A stretch of 64,000 bases of DNA from Takakia lepidozioides. Its lineage: Eukaryota; Plantae; Bryophyta. The translations under genes were made by a program, and so were the position numbers. Location: assembly GCA_030704615.1 (NCBI GenBank), contig CM060732.1:18352001-18416000 (forward strand). Reading direction: 5' to 3'. The notes under the pieces were generated by a model. That model worked only from the letters and a program-made list of their open reading frames with translations. It made no database searches and was not told where the DNA came from. Shown piece by piece: positions 1 through 12,507 of this stretch (positions are counted from its first letter, which is position 1; every line of letters begins with the position of its first letter).

Positions 1-703
1 TTGTCATGCACCAAGGGTGTCCGTCATGTTTCTTGTCCATGCCTTGCAGAAGCCTAGCCAGTCCACTGGAAGACGTGGGAGGGTTGAGCTCAAACAAGAT
101 GTCCCCATCAAACTTTGTTGGCACGTATTGAACCCGCTGCACATGAAGGGACTCCCAATCAACAAAACGCAACTCGCTCTTGCACCCAAGCACCCCTGCG
201 AGGGCTTTCAATTTCGGAATGACACTCGTTATCTCCTGCAATTCGTCATCATCCAAGATGGGAGTGTGCACTGGCGGAGGAATCTCAGAAACATCCTCCG
301 AGGACGAGTCTGAAAGAGTCACGAATGTAGTGGATGTGCTCACCTCTTGTTTCACATGAACTGTGCCCTTCTGCTGCACGACTGATGCTGCAGTGCCAGG
401 GGTAACTACTGATCCTGCTGATTGTCTTCTCTCTTTTCCAAGGACATAGGATGTGCCTGGAAGGACTCTCCACTTCCTTCCACACTCGCCAACCAATGGT
501 TTCTCCAAGTGCCCAGAATCCAAATTCCCATCCTCGTCATACACCTCTTTTTGAACAAGCAGATAACCCAATTCCAGCGGGAACACTGTAACCAGCTCAT
601 CCTCATGAACAACTGCAAACCCATTGTCGTCTGTAGTGGTAGTCAGTGGAAGACTACCTGCATTGGAATGAAATCGAGCGAGTCTATCTTACTCCCTCGA
701 CAT
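1..703 (-). pseudogene. 5' part of a putative DNA-transposon protein with a DGxxW (WRKY/GCM1-like) motif; runs off the window
   Basis: Manual translation: ATG at 703, in-frame TAA at 691-689, then an open frame from 688 to 1 ending ...VQYVPTKFDGDILFELNPP...QGMDKKHDGHPWCMT. It is absent from the ORF track, probably because there is no stop in the window. The transposase and domain assignments are inference. Confidence 0.5.
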
Positions 704-1067
704 GTTTTCCTCCACTGACCAAAAATTGCGATTCACAACGGAATCCCCGAACTGATAGCCCGTAATTCTCGAAAGGGGATCCACCACAAACAAACTGAGG
801 TCAATAAGGTTAGCACTAACCCAAAGACTGTGGGCGATGCCTGCAAATGATGTAGGAATGACATGCACCGAACTTCGCAGACAACCACACTGAGAGACAC
901 CAACCAAAAAAACTGTTTAGGGTGACAAGAAGCCACAAGAAGCCGTGCTGTATTTGGATGAAAAACAAACCCTAAACATGACATGAAACCATCAATTATG
1001 GAAAGACGACAACAACCCTAGAGAGCAGTAAACAGGAAGACCCCGAATGTAATGAGGTTGTGTTGTG

Positions 1068-4000
1068 CACCTTGTCATTGTTTTTTTCATTTGGAATCGG
1101 CCTCATAGGGTATCTCTTTGAGCTTCAATGCACACTTACCTGGCAGCTCTAGCAGTGTGTGTCAACGCACACTGTTTGAGCCCACCTTGTCATTCTTTTT
1201 TTCATTTGGAAATCGGTCTCATAGGGCATCTCTTTGTTACACTTACCTGGCAGCTCCAGCAGTGTGCGTCAACGCACACTATTTGAGCCCACCTTGTCAT
1301 TGTTTTTTTTCATGTGAAAATCGGCCACATAGGGCATCTCTTTGAGCTTCAATAAACACTTACATGGTAGCTCCAGCAGCGTGCGTCAATGCACACTGTT
1401 TGAGCCCACCATGTCATTATATTTTTAATCTGAAAATCGGCCACATAAGACATCTCTTTGAGCTTCAATGCACACTTACGTGGCAGCTCAAATAGTGTGC
1501 GTCAACGCACACTGTTTGAGCCCAACTTGTCATTGTTTTTTTCATGTGAAAATTGGTCACATATGGCATGTATTTGAGGTTCAATGCAGACTTACCTGGC
1601 AGCTCAAACAGTGTGCGTCAACGCACACTGTTCCAGCCCACCATGTCATTGTTTTTTTTTATATGAAAATCGGCCACATAGGGCATCTCTTTGAGCCTCA
1701 ATACGCACTTACGTGACAGCTCAAACAGTGTGCATCAACGCACACTGTTTGACCCCAACATGTCTTTATTTTTTTCATGTGAAAATCGGCCACATAGGGC
1801 ATGTATTTGAGGTTCAATGCAGACTTACGTGGCAGCTCAAATAGTGTGCGTCAACGCACTCTAATGCAATCATCCATTTTTTATTTTATTTTTTTTTTTT
1901 TTTTTTTGAAAATCGGCCACATAGGGCATCTCAAGGCAGCTCCAGCAGTGTGCGTCAACGCACACTGTTTGAGCACACCATCTCATTATTTTTTTAATCT
2001 GAAAATCGGCCACATAAGGCATCTCTTTGAGCTTCAATGCACACTTACGTGGCAGCTCAAATAGTGTGCGTCAACGCACACTGTTTGAGCCCAACTTGTC
2101 ATTGTTTTTTTCATGTGAAAATTGGCCACATAGGGCATGTATTTGAGGTTCAATGCAGACTTACCTGGCAGCTCAAACAGTGTGCGTCAACGCACACTGT
2201 TCCAGCCCACCATGTCATTGTTTTTTTTTATATGAAAATCGGCCACCTAGGGCATCTCTTTGAGCCTCAATACACACTTACGTGGCAGCTCAAACAGTGT
2301 GCGTCAACGCACACTGTTTGACCCCAACATGTCTTTATTTTTTTCATGTGAAAATCGGCCACATAGAGCATGTATTTGAGGTTCAATGCAGACTTACGTG
2401 GCAGCTCAAACAGTGTGCGTCAACGCACACTGTTGCAGGCATTTTTTTATTTTTTTTTATTTTTTTTTCGAAAATCGGCCACATAGGGCATCTCAAGGCA
2501 GCTCCAGCAGTGTGCGTCAACGCACACTGTTTGAGCACACCATCTCATTATTTTTTTAATCTGAAAATCGGCCACATAAGGCATCTCTTTGAGCTTCAAT
2601 GCACACTTACGTGGCAGCTCAAATAGTGTGCGTCAACGCACACTGTTTGAGCCCAACTTGTCATTGTTTTTTTCATGTGAAAATTGGCCACATAGGGCAT
2701 GTATTTGAGGTTCAATGCAGACTTACCTGGCAGCTCAAACAGTGTGCGTCAACGCACACTGTTCCAGCCCACCATGTCATTGTTTTTTTTTATATGAAAA
2801 TCGGCCACCTAGGGCATCTCTTTGAGCCTCAATACACACTTACGTGGCAGCTCAAACAGTGTGCGTCAACGCACACTGTTTGACCCCAACATGTCTTTAT
2901 TTTTTCATGTGAAAATCGGCCACATAGAGCATGTATTTGAGGTTCAATGCAGACTTACGTGGCAGCTCAAACAGTGTGCGTCAACGCACACTGTTGCAAG
3001 CATTTTTTTATTTTTTTTTTATTTTTTTTATTTTTTTTTCGAAAATCGGCCACATAGGGCATCTCAAGGCAGCTCCAGCAGTGTGCGTCAACGCACACTG
3101 TTTGAGCACACCATCTCATTATTTTTTTAATCTGAAAATCGGCCACATAAGGCATCTCTTTGAGCTTCAATGCACACTTACGTGGCAGCTCAAATAGTGT
3201 GCGTCAACGCACACTGTTTGAGCCCAACTTGTCATTGTTTTTTTCATGTGAAAATTGGCCACATAGGGCATGTATTTGAGGTTCAATGTAGACTTACCTG
3301 GCAGCTCAAACAGTGTGCGTCAACGCACACTGTTCCAGCCCACCATGTCATTGTTTTTTTTTATATGAAAATCGGCCACCTAGGGCATCTCTCTGAGCCT
3401 CAATACACACTTACGTGACAGCTCAAACAGTGTGCGTCAACGCACACTGTTTGACCCCAACATGTCTTTATTTTTTTCATGTGAAAATCGGCCACATAGG
3501 GCATGTATTTGAGGTTCAATGCAGACTTACGTGGCAGCTCAAACAGTGTGCGTCAACGCACACTGTTGCAAGCATCTTTTTTTTTTTTTTTTTTTTTTTT
3601 TTTCGAAAATCGGCCACATAGGGCATCTCAAGGCAGCTCCAGCAGTGTGCGTCAACGCACACTGTTCGAGCACACCATGTCATTATTTTTTTAATCTGAA
3701 AATCGACCACATAAGACATCTCTTTGAGCTTCAATGCACACTTACGTTGCAGCTCAAATAGTGTGCGTCAACGCACACTGTTTGAGCCCAACTTGTCATT
3801 GTTTTTTTCATTTGAAAATTGGCCACATAGGGCATGTATTTGAGGTTCAATGCAGACTTACCTGGCAGCTCAAATAGAGTGCGTCAACGCACACTGTTCC
3901 AGCCAACCATGTTTTTTTTTTTTTTTTTTTTTTTTTTTTTCTTTGAAAATCGGCCACATAGGGCATCTCTTTGAGCTTTAATGCACACTTACGTGGCAGT

Positions 4001-5769
4001 TCCAGCAGTGTGCGTCAACGTACACTGTTCGAGTCCACCATGTCATTATTTTTTTAATCTGAAAATCGGCCACATAAGGCATCTCTTTGAGCTTCAATGC
4101 ACACTTACGTGGCAGCTCAAATAGTGTGCGTCAACGCACACTGTTTGAGCCCAACTTGTCATTGTTTTTTTCATGTGAAAATTGGCCACATAGGGCATGT
4201 ATTTGAGGTTCAATGCAGACTTACCTAGCAGCTCAAACAGTGTACGTCAACGCACACTGTTCCAGCCCACCATGTCATTGTTTTTTTTTATATGAAAATC
4301 GGCCACATAGGGCATCTCTTTGAGCTTTAATGCACACTTACGTGGCAGTTCCAGCAGTGTGCGTCAACGCACACTGTTCGAGTCCACCATGTCATTATTT
4401 TTTTAATCTGAAAATCGGCCATAAAAGGCATCTCTTTGAGCTTCAATGCACACTTACGTGGCAGCTCAAATAGTGTGCGTCAACGCACACTGTTTGAGCC
4501 CAACTTGTCATTTTTTTTTTCATGTAAAAATTGGCCACATAGGGCATGTATTTGAGGTTCAATGCAGACTTACCTGGCAGCTCAAACAGTGTGCGTCAAC
4601 GCACACTGTTCCAGCCCACCATGTCATTGTTTTTTTTATATGAAAATCGGCCACCTAGGGCATCTCTTTGAGCCTCAATACACACTTACGTGGCAGCTCA
4701 AACAGTGTGCGTCAACGCACACTGTTTGACCCCAACATGTCTTTATTTTTTTCATGTGAAAATCGGCCACATAGGGCATGTATTTGAGGTTCAATGCAGA
4801 CTTACGTGGCAGCTCAAACAGTGTGCGTCAACGCACGCTGTTGCAGGCATTTTTTTTTTTTTTTTTTTATTTTTTTTTTTTTTTTCGAAAATCGGCCACA
4901 TAGGGCATCTCAAGGCAGCTCCAGCAGTGTGCGTCAACGCACACTGTTTGAGCACACCATGTCATTATTTTTTTAATCTGAAAATCGGCCACTTAAGGTA
5001 TCTCTTTGAGCTTCAATGCACACTTACGTGGCAGCTCAAATAGTGTGCGTCAACGCACACTGTTTGAGCCCAACTTGTCATTGTTTTTTTCATGTGAAAA
5101 TTGGCCACATAGGGCATGTATTTGATGTTCAATGTAGACTTACCTTGCAGCTCAAACAGTGTGCGTCAACGCACACTGTTCCAGCCCACAATGTCATTGT
5201 TTTTTTTTATATGAAAATCGGCCACCACTAGGGCATCTCTTTGAGCCTCAATACACACTTACGTGGCAGCTCAAACAGTGTGCGTCAACGCACACTGTTT
5301 GACCCCAACATGTCTTTATTTTTTTCATGTGAAAATCGGCCACATAGGGCATGTATTTGAGGTTCAATGCAGACTTACGTGGCAGCTCAAACAGTGTGCG
5401 TCAACGCAAACTTAGCAAGCATTCTTTTTTTTTTTTTTTTCTTTTTCTTTTTTTTTTTTTTTCGAAAATCGGCCACATAGGGCATCTCAAGGCAGCTCCA
5501 GAAGTGTGCGTCAACGCACACTGTTTGAGCACACCATGTCATTATTTTTTTAATCTGAAAATCGGCCACATAAGACATCTCGTTGAGCTTCAATGCACAC
5601 TTACGTGGCAGCTCAAATAGTGTGCGTCAACGCACACTGTTTGAGCCCAACTTGTCATTGTTTTTTTCATGTGAAAATTGGCCACATAGGGCATGTATTT
5701 GAGATTCAATGCAGACTTACCTGGCAGCTCAAATAGAGTGCGTCAACGCACACTGTTCCAGCCAACCAT

Positions 5770-5810
<41 letters not shown>

Positions 5811-6493
5811 CTCTGAAAATCGGCCACATGGCATCTCTTTGAGCTTTAATGCACACTTACGTGGCAGTTCCAGCAGTGTGCGTCAACGCACACTGTTCGA
5901 GTCCACCATGTCATTATTTTTTTAATCTGAAAATCGGCCACATAAGGCATCTCTTTGAGCTTCAATGCACACTTACGTGGCAGCTCAAATAGTGTGCGTC
6001 AACGCACACTGTTTGAGCCCAACTTGTCATTGTTTTTTTCATGTGAAAATTGGCCACATAGGGCATGTATTTGAGGTTCAATGCAGACTTACCTGGCAGC
6101 TCAATAGAGTGCGTCAACGCACACTGTTCCAGCCAACCATGTTTTTTTTTTTCTTTTTTTTTTTTTCTTTGAAAATCGGCCACGTAGGGCATCTCTTTGA
6201 GCTTTAATGCACACTTACGTGGCAGTCCAGCAGTGTGCGTCAACGCACACTGTTCGAGTCCACCATGTCATTTATTTTTTAATCTGAAAATCGGCCACAT
6301 AAGGCATCTCTTTGAGCTTCAATGCACACTTACGTGGCAGCTCAAATATTGTGCGTCAACGCACACTGTTTGAGCCCAACTTGTCATTTTTTTTTCATGT
6401 GAAAATTGGCCACATAGGGCATGTATTTGAGGTTCAATGCAGACTTACCTGGCAGCTCAAATAGTGTGCGTCAACGCACACTGTTCCAGCCAA

Positions 6494-6528
<35 letters not shown>

Positions 6529-7215
6529 AAAATCGGCCATATAGGGCATCTCTTTGAGCTTTAATGCACACTTACGTGGCAGCTCCAGCAGTGTGCGTCA
6601 ACGCACACTGTTCGAGTCCACCATGTCATTATTTTTTTAATCTGAAAATCGGCCACATAAGGCATCTCTTTGAGCTTCAATGCACACTTACGTGGCAGCT
6701 CAAATAGTGTGCGTCAACGCACACTGTTTGAGCCCAACTTGTCATTGTTTTTTCATGTGAAAATTGGCCACATAGGGCATGTATTTGAGGTTCAATGCAG
6801 ACTTACCTGGCAGCTCAAATAGAGTGCGTCAACGCACACTGTTCCAGCCAACCAGTGTTTTTTCTTTTTTCTTTTTTTTTTTTTCTTTGAAAAATCGGCC
6901 ACATAGGGCATCTCTTTGAGCTTCAATGCACACTTACGTGGCAGTTCCAAGCAGTGTGCGTCAACGCACACTGTTCGAGTCCACCATGTCATTATTTTTT
7001 TAATCTGAAAATCGGCCACATAAGGCATCTCCTTGAGCTTCAATGCACACTTACGTGGCAGCTCAAAGAGTGTGCGTCAACGCACACTGTTTGAGCCCAA
7101 CTTGTCATTGTTTTTTTCATGTGAAAATCGGCCACATAGGGCATGTATTTGAGGTTCAATGCAGACTTACCTGGCAGCTCAAATAGTGTGCGTCAACGCA
7201 CACTGTTTCAGCCAA

Positions 7216-7256
<41 letters not shown>

Positions 7257-8990
7257 AAAATCGGCCACATAGGGCATCTCTTTGAGCTTCAATGCACACT
7301 TACGTGGCAGCTCACAGTGTGCGTCAACGCACACAGTTCCCATCACATGTAATGTTGTTTTTTTATCTGAAAATCGGCCACATAGGGCATCTCTTTGAGC
7401 GTTAATGCACACTTACCTGGCAGCTCAAATAGTGTGCGTCACGCACACTGTTTGAGCCCAACTTGGCATTGTTTTTTTTTCATGTGAAAATTGGCCACAT
7501 AGGGCATGTATTTGAGGTTCAATGCAGACTTACCTGGCAGCTCAAATAGTGTGCGTCAACGCACACTGTTCCAGCCAACCATGTTTTTTTTTTTTTTTTT
7601 TTTTTTTTTTTTGGATAATCGGCCATATAGGGCATCTCTTTGAGCTTTAATGCACACTTACTTGGCAGCTCCAGCAGTGTGCGTCAACGCACACTGTTCG
7701 TGTCCACCATGTCATTATTTTTTAATCTGAAAATCGGCCACATATGGCATCTCTTTGAGCTTCAATGCACACTTACGTGGCAGCTCAAACAGTGTGCGTC
7801 AACGCACAACAGCCCACCATGTCATTGTTTTTTTTATTGAAAATCGGCCACATAGGGCATCTCTTTGAGCGTCAATGCACACTTACCTGGCAGCTCAAAC
7901 AGTGTGCGTCAACGCACACTGTTTGAGCCCAACTTGTCATTTTTTTTTTCATGTGAAAATTGGCCACATATGGCATGTATTTGAGGTTCAATGCAGACTT
8001 ACCTGGCAGCTCAAATAGTGTGCGTCAACGCACACTGTTCCAGCCAACCATGTTTTTTTTTTGTTTTTTTTTAATTATTTATTATTTATTTAATAAATTA
8101 GCCACAGAGGGCATCTCTTTGAGCTTTAATGCACACTTACGTGGCAGCTCCAGTAGTGTGAGTCAACGCACACTGTTCGAGTCCACCATGTCATTATTTT
8201 TTCAATCTGAAAATCGGCTACATATGGCATCTCTTTGAGCGTCAATGCACACTTACGTGGCAGCTCAAATAGTGTGCGTCAACGCACATTGTTTGAGCCC
8301 AACTTGTCATTGTTTTTTTCATGTGAAAATCGGCCACATAGGGCATGTATTTGAGGTTCAATCCAGACTTACCTGGCAGCTCAAACAGTGTGCGTCAACG
8401 CACAACAGCCCACCATGTCATTGTTTTTTTTATCTGAAAATCGGCCACATAGGGCATCTCTTTGAGCGTCAATGCACACTTACCTGGCAGCTGGCATTTT
8501 AGAATCGACCACAAAGGTCATCTCTGTCAGGTTCAATTCAGACTTACCTGGCAGCCCAAACGGTGTGCGTCAACGCACACGGTTTGAGCCCCCCTGATTT
8601 GCTTGTTTATGGATATGGAAATTGTGCACCTACGGCTAGTCTGGCAAGTTCATTCGACTCCAAAATGGAAGCTCAAACAGTGTGCGCGGACGCACACTGT
8701 TTGAGCCCCCTTCACTGCCTTTTCTTTTATTTCAAATTGGTCACTTATGGCCACTATGCCATATTAAAATCACACCTTATTGCAAGCTCAAACAGTGTGC
8801 GGCAACGCACACTGTTTGAGCTTCCTTATGTGATTGATTTTGATGTGAAAATCGGTCTCCTGGGGCCACTTTGGCAGGTTGAATCCAATCTTTATTGGAA
8901 GCTCAAACAGTGTGCGGCAACGCACACTGTTTTGAGCCCCCTTCGTGCTTGTTTTTCTATGTGAAATTGGGCCTAACAGGGCCAGTATGC
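1068..8990. repeat. Tandem satellite, ~118-bp monomer (roughly 65-70 copies), each with a 36-bp palindrome; higher-order repeats
   Basis: Recurrent unit GAAAATCGGCCACATAGGGCATCTCTTTGAGCTTCAATGCACACTTACGTGGCAGCTCAAACAGTGTGCGTCAACGCACACTGTTTGAGCCC...poly-T. Near-identical ORFs recur at 1468, 2037, 2599 and 3170 (~562-571 bp period). Monomers at both edges are more degenerate. Confidence 0.97.
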
Positions 8991-10239
8991 ATGCTCAAAA
9001 CTCCCATAGTTGTCAAAACTCCCATGGTATTTGGATTGCCCTCCTTCTGAGACCCCAGCTCAGGATGTGTCTTTGAGGAGAGAGAATGAGCGTATAGCAG
9101 CCACCGCCGCAGCAGCCGACCTCGACATTCATGATAGAAATTTGAGGACTCTTGCAGAGAAGGAGCCTCCCGCTCAGGATACCCCGGTAGAGGTTGAAAG
9201 GCAAAGGGAAAAGATGTTGTTGGTGGTGTGGGGAAAGGAAGGGGTAGGGGGAAGGAGGCACAAGGGCAGATAGGTGGGCTATCACACCTATTTGGACTTC
9301 TTTCAAGTCCTCCTCGGTCTTACGTGCAACCTGTCTATGCGGAGGCACTCGCAACAAGCATGTCCATTCATGGCACTCGCTGTCCGCCCATTGACGGCCG
9401 TGGTAGAAGACGTGGTGTTGGGGCCAGAATCTTTGTGGATGACATAGCACAGGAGGTCGAGAGTGATTCTGATGACTGTGACACTTGATATGAAGTTTTC
9501 TTTTGGTTTTATTCGGGGCCAAATTTGAAATGGGATGGTTGTGTGTCCTTGTTGTCCTGTTTGCAATGTGTGCGTGGGATGCAACTTCATGGGAACAAAC
9601 TATTATTGGAGATGGGGGTTGCATGGACTGCCCGGATTGTTCCTTCAATCTATTTAGAGTTTTGTGGACCTCACAGGCTTGAGTGCATTTCAAAAACAAA
9701 CAATCGACTTTGGTTCGTGTACAGCATTCTCGCATCATTTGCTCGCTTGTCTCCAAACCATTCCTGCTAGAAGAATGCTTGGTGAATCCATCGAGGTGAA
9801 GTCCACGTGATCAAAGATCGTTCAGGCATTCTCAAATCTGGTGAGTATCCATGATGCTCCCGCACATACTTGGCATGTTCACAAAGGTGGTGAGTAAGAA
9901 AAGATTTCGCAGGGATCCGCTTTAGATGATGTCAGTGTGCACCTCCTCACGACGTACCCACATTCCAATGCAGAGTTTGGCTTTCCGTCCTTAAGCTCCC
10001 GACAGTCTCGAGGCTGAGCCAAAAGCCCAGGCCCTCCTGAGGCCTAGTTTTTGGGCAAATTACACACAGCAGATTGATGCTTGTGTGAAGGGATTTCTAG
10101 AGGATATCTGGAAAACATGGATTAATTCTTTATATGAAGGAAAGTCTTTGATAACGTCTAGATGGATGCAATGGATACAAAGGATGGATACAATGGATGT
10201 AATACATCCAGTCTGCATTCCCGGGAAATGGCTGTTCAA

Positions 10240-10369
10240 CCCGCGGTAATAGGTGACACCCGCGGAAATAGGCCCTGTATGCATGCTGACGTGGCGTGAG
10301 CCTGTGCTGGGCTCACGGTTTCCTGGGCTCACAGGCTCACGCCTCCGGGCTCACGGAATAGCACCCCCC
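10240..10369 (-). mobile_element. Terminal inverted repeat end of a large TIR element (other end probably left of the window)
   Basis: The minus strand reads GGGGGGTGCTATTCCGTGAGC...CACCTATTACCGCGGGTTG. This matches the left end of the 18820-21816 element (GGGGATTGCTAAACCGTGAGC...CACCTATGACCGCGG...CCTACTACTGCGGGTTG). GCTCAC subterminal motifs are repeated. Confidence 0.7.
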
Positions 10370-10375
10370 CTCCCC

Positions 10376-11909
10376 TACTAGCAAAATGGGTTCTTCGAGT
10401 GTTCACTAATCTAAACAGCCCCTGGAGCATTATTGTGCATCATCACATTATGTCTGCCACACCGCGCTCTAGCCCTTTGTGGCCTCCCTCTCTTCGTTGG
10501 ATCGTTCAGGGAGGTAAGTACAGCATTCTTCCCAACTCAGGCTCGCACGCCTGGAAGTCCATTTGGTTTGCTTGGTGCCAGATTCGACCCTTTCTTGTGC
10601 AGCTATGCCCTAAGTCCTTTGACGAAGTGCTAAGACAGCCATTATTTGGCAACTTTAACCGTGATAAAGAGTTGCTTATCCCCTGCTCTAAAAGATGGGC
10701 TCCATAGGAAGCTGCTGGTCTCTCCCATGTAACTTATATTTGGGATGTGGTTTCGGGTTCCTTCATCTCCACTAGTCAGGCAGCAAAAGGATTCTTCTCT
10801 CGTCATATTGCTCTGGGTTGGGATGTGGTGACAGGTGATTTCCCTACCCTTTGGATGCTCTCCTCTCTCAACCTCATGTTCGGAAGTATCCCTGCTGGTT
10901 ATGTTTTTTCCAGGATGGGAAAGCCTTACCTTTCTTTGCTGAGCGCTCACTAGATGGTCAAATTGAAGGTTGTTGCTTCAGTGTTAACTTGGATGGTTCT
11001 CTATTTTCGCCTAAACGAACCCTTCTCCCTTATACTACTCCCCTCCATCTTATCAGGGTTTTCTGCTCCATTTCGGGTAAATTTGATCCTATTCCTTCTG
11101 GATTGTCACTGCCCTCGCAAACCCTGATCTGGTTCCTCTTTGCTCCAGTGAAAGATCTTCAGTTTGACCCAGGGGAGTGGGTATGGATGAATAAAAAGCA
11201 CAATCACCTTTTCTCTTATTCAGTCAAGCTGAGTTACAAGCTTCTCAGACCACCTCGGAAATTTGATCACAAATGGTTTGCCAAGTGGTCTCACATCCCT
11301 GGGCATCGTACTTCCTAGAAGCCGATTTGGGCTGATGTTTGGAAAAAACACAAATCAGCCAAGGTCTCCACTTTCCTATGGAAGATTGTTAATTGAATAT
11401 TGCCAGTTGGTGCTATGTTTTCTGAGAACCCTTCTCCTTGTTCTGTATGCTCTACTCAGGCTCAAGAAACAATTGAACATTGTCTCGTTCAATGCCCTTT
11501 TGCTATGAGTGTTTGGCATCTGATTGCAGTTTTTTATTCTAAGTGGAAGCCATGGTTTGATTTCTCCATTCCAATTCTTCTTCTCAATTTTAAAGGAGGG
11601 ATTATCTGGCATTCATGCCCTGTTTGGGAATCCTTAAGAGGTCTCACTCTCTGGAACCTCTGGAAGAGCATATGCTCTGTGATGTTTGAAAGAACTAGTC
11701 CTTGTCTGAAAAATGTCTTGTTTAGGGTTCCCTCAGATTTATTATCTGAGGCAAGGAAAACGTGGGTGGTGCTTTCAGCAACTTTACAGAGGTGCTCAGA
11801 CCGGAGACACACTCAACTGCTCGTTGTAGATGCATATATTGGTACAACTTTCTTTTCAGATCGTTTTTGTAAAACAAGCGGTTTCGGCATTGTACTGTCA
11901 AAAACATGA
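10376..11909 (+). mobile_element. LINE (L1-like) ORF2 3' fragment with zf-RVT
   Basis: LLAKWVLR motif at ~10376, CSVC...ETIEHCLVQCPFAMSVW, and LWNLWK; multiple frameshifts. Confidence 0.85.
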
Positions 11910-12507
11910 TAATTTGTTAGTTATCTGGAAATCGTTGGTAAAACACGTAGGAAATTAGACAGTGTCTGCAACGACCATGGAGAGGAGCTCCGGCATCAAG
12001 ATGACTGTAGGAAGCTGCATCGACAGCATGTTAGGCTGCCAATTCGGTAGCAGAAACGGCAAGGTAATCATGTTCAAACAATATAGGACGACTATTCCAG
12101 TCCCAGATTGCGATCTCTCTTTTCTCCCGCCTCTCAAGTCCAGTAGAAACACACAACGATGAGCTTGGCATTTGGAAGAAACAACATGTACAGCGATGAA
12201 ATATCGCAACAAAACGAAAGGCTGCATCGGAACGACAACAGGTCAGGACGACTTCAAATGGCAAAACGGGGACTTATCAGTGGTGCGGGACAACTGGAGG
12301 AGACTCCGGAAAACCTATGACTCAGTGGCAGGGTCAAAGACCCTAGGGCCACCACCAGGGATTTGATTTCCAAAATACAACAAAATCTTTATGTAGCGAA
12401 AATACGACGAATGGCGAAAGGAGCAACTTTTTATCACCGATGGACCTAAGAATTTACAAGCTGATAAGGGGTATATAATTGTAGTTTTTCACCAAGTTTG
12501 GTGATTT

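Noticed and set aside
967-976. Telomere-type AAACCCTAAA motifs (also ~34390, ~35062, ~38746)
   Set aside because: One or two units only. They may be telo-box promoter motifs but are not a telomeric array, and function cannot be supported.
1118-8964. Many short repeated ORFs (CVNAHC, poly-Phe, poly-Lys)
   Set aside because: These are translations of the satellite and its poly-T tracts; the frames are not preserved between units.
1068-8990. CRISPR array (36-bp palindromic repeat at regular spacing)
   Set aside because: The intervening sequences are ~80 bp, homologous to each other and periodic rather than unique. There are no cas genes and the context is eukaryotic TE sequence.
9013-9960. 247-aa minus-strand ORF and neighbouring frames
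   Set aside because: No recognisable motif; cannot be assigned without a database search.
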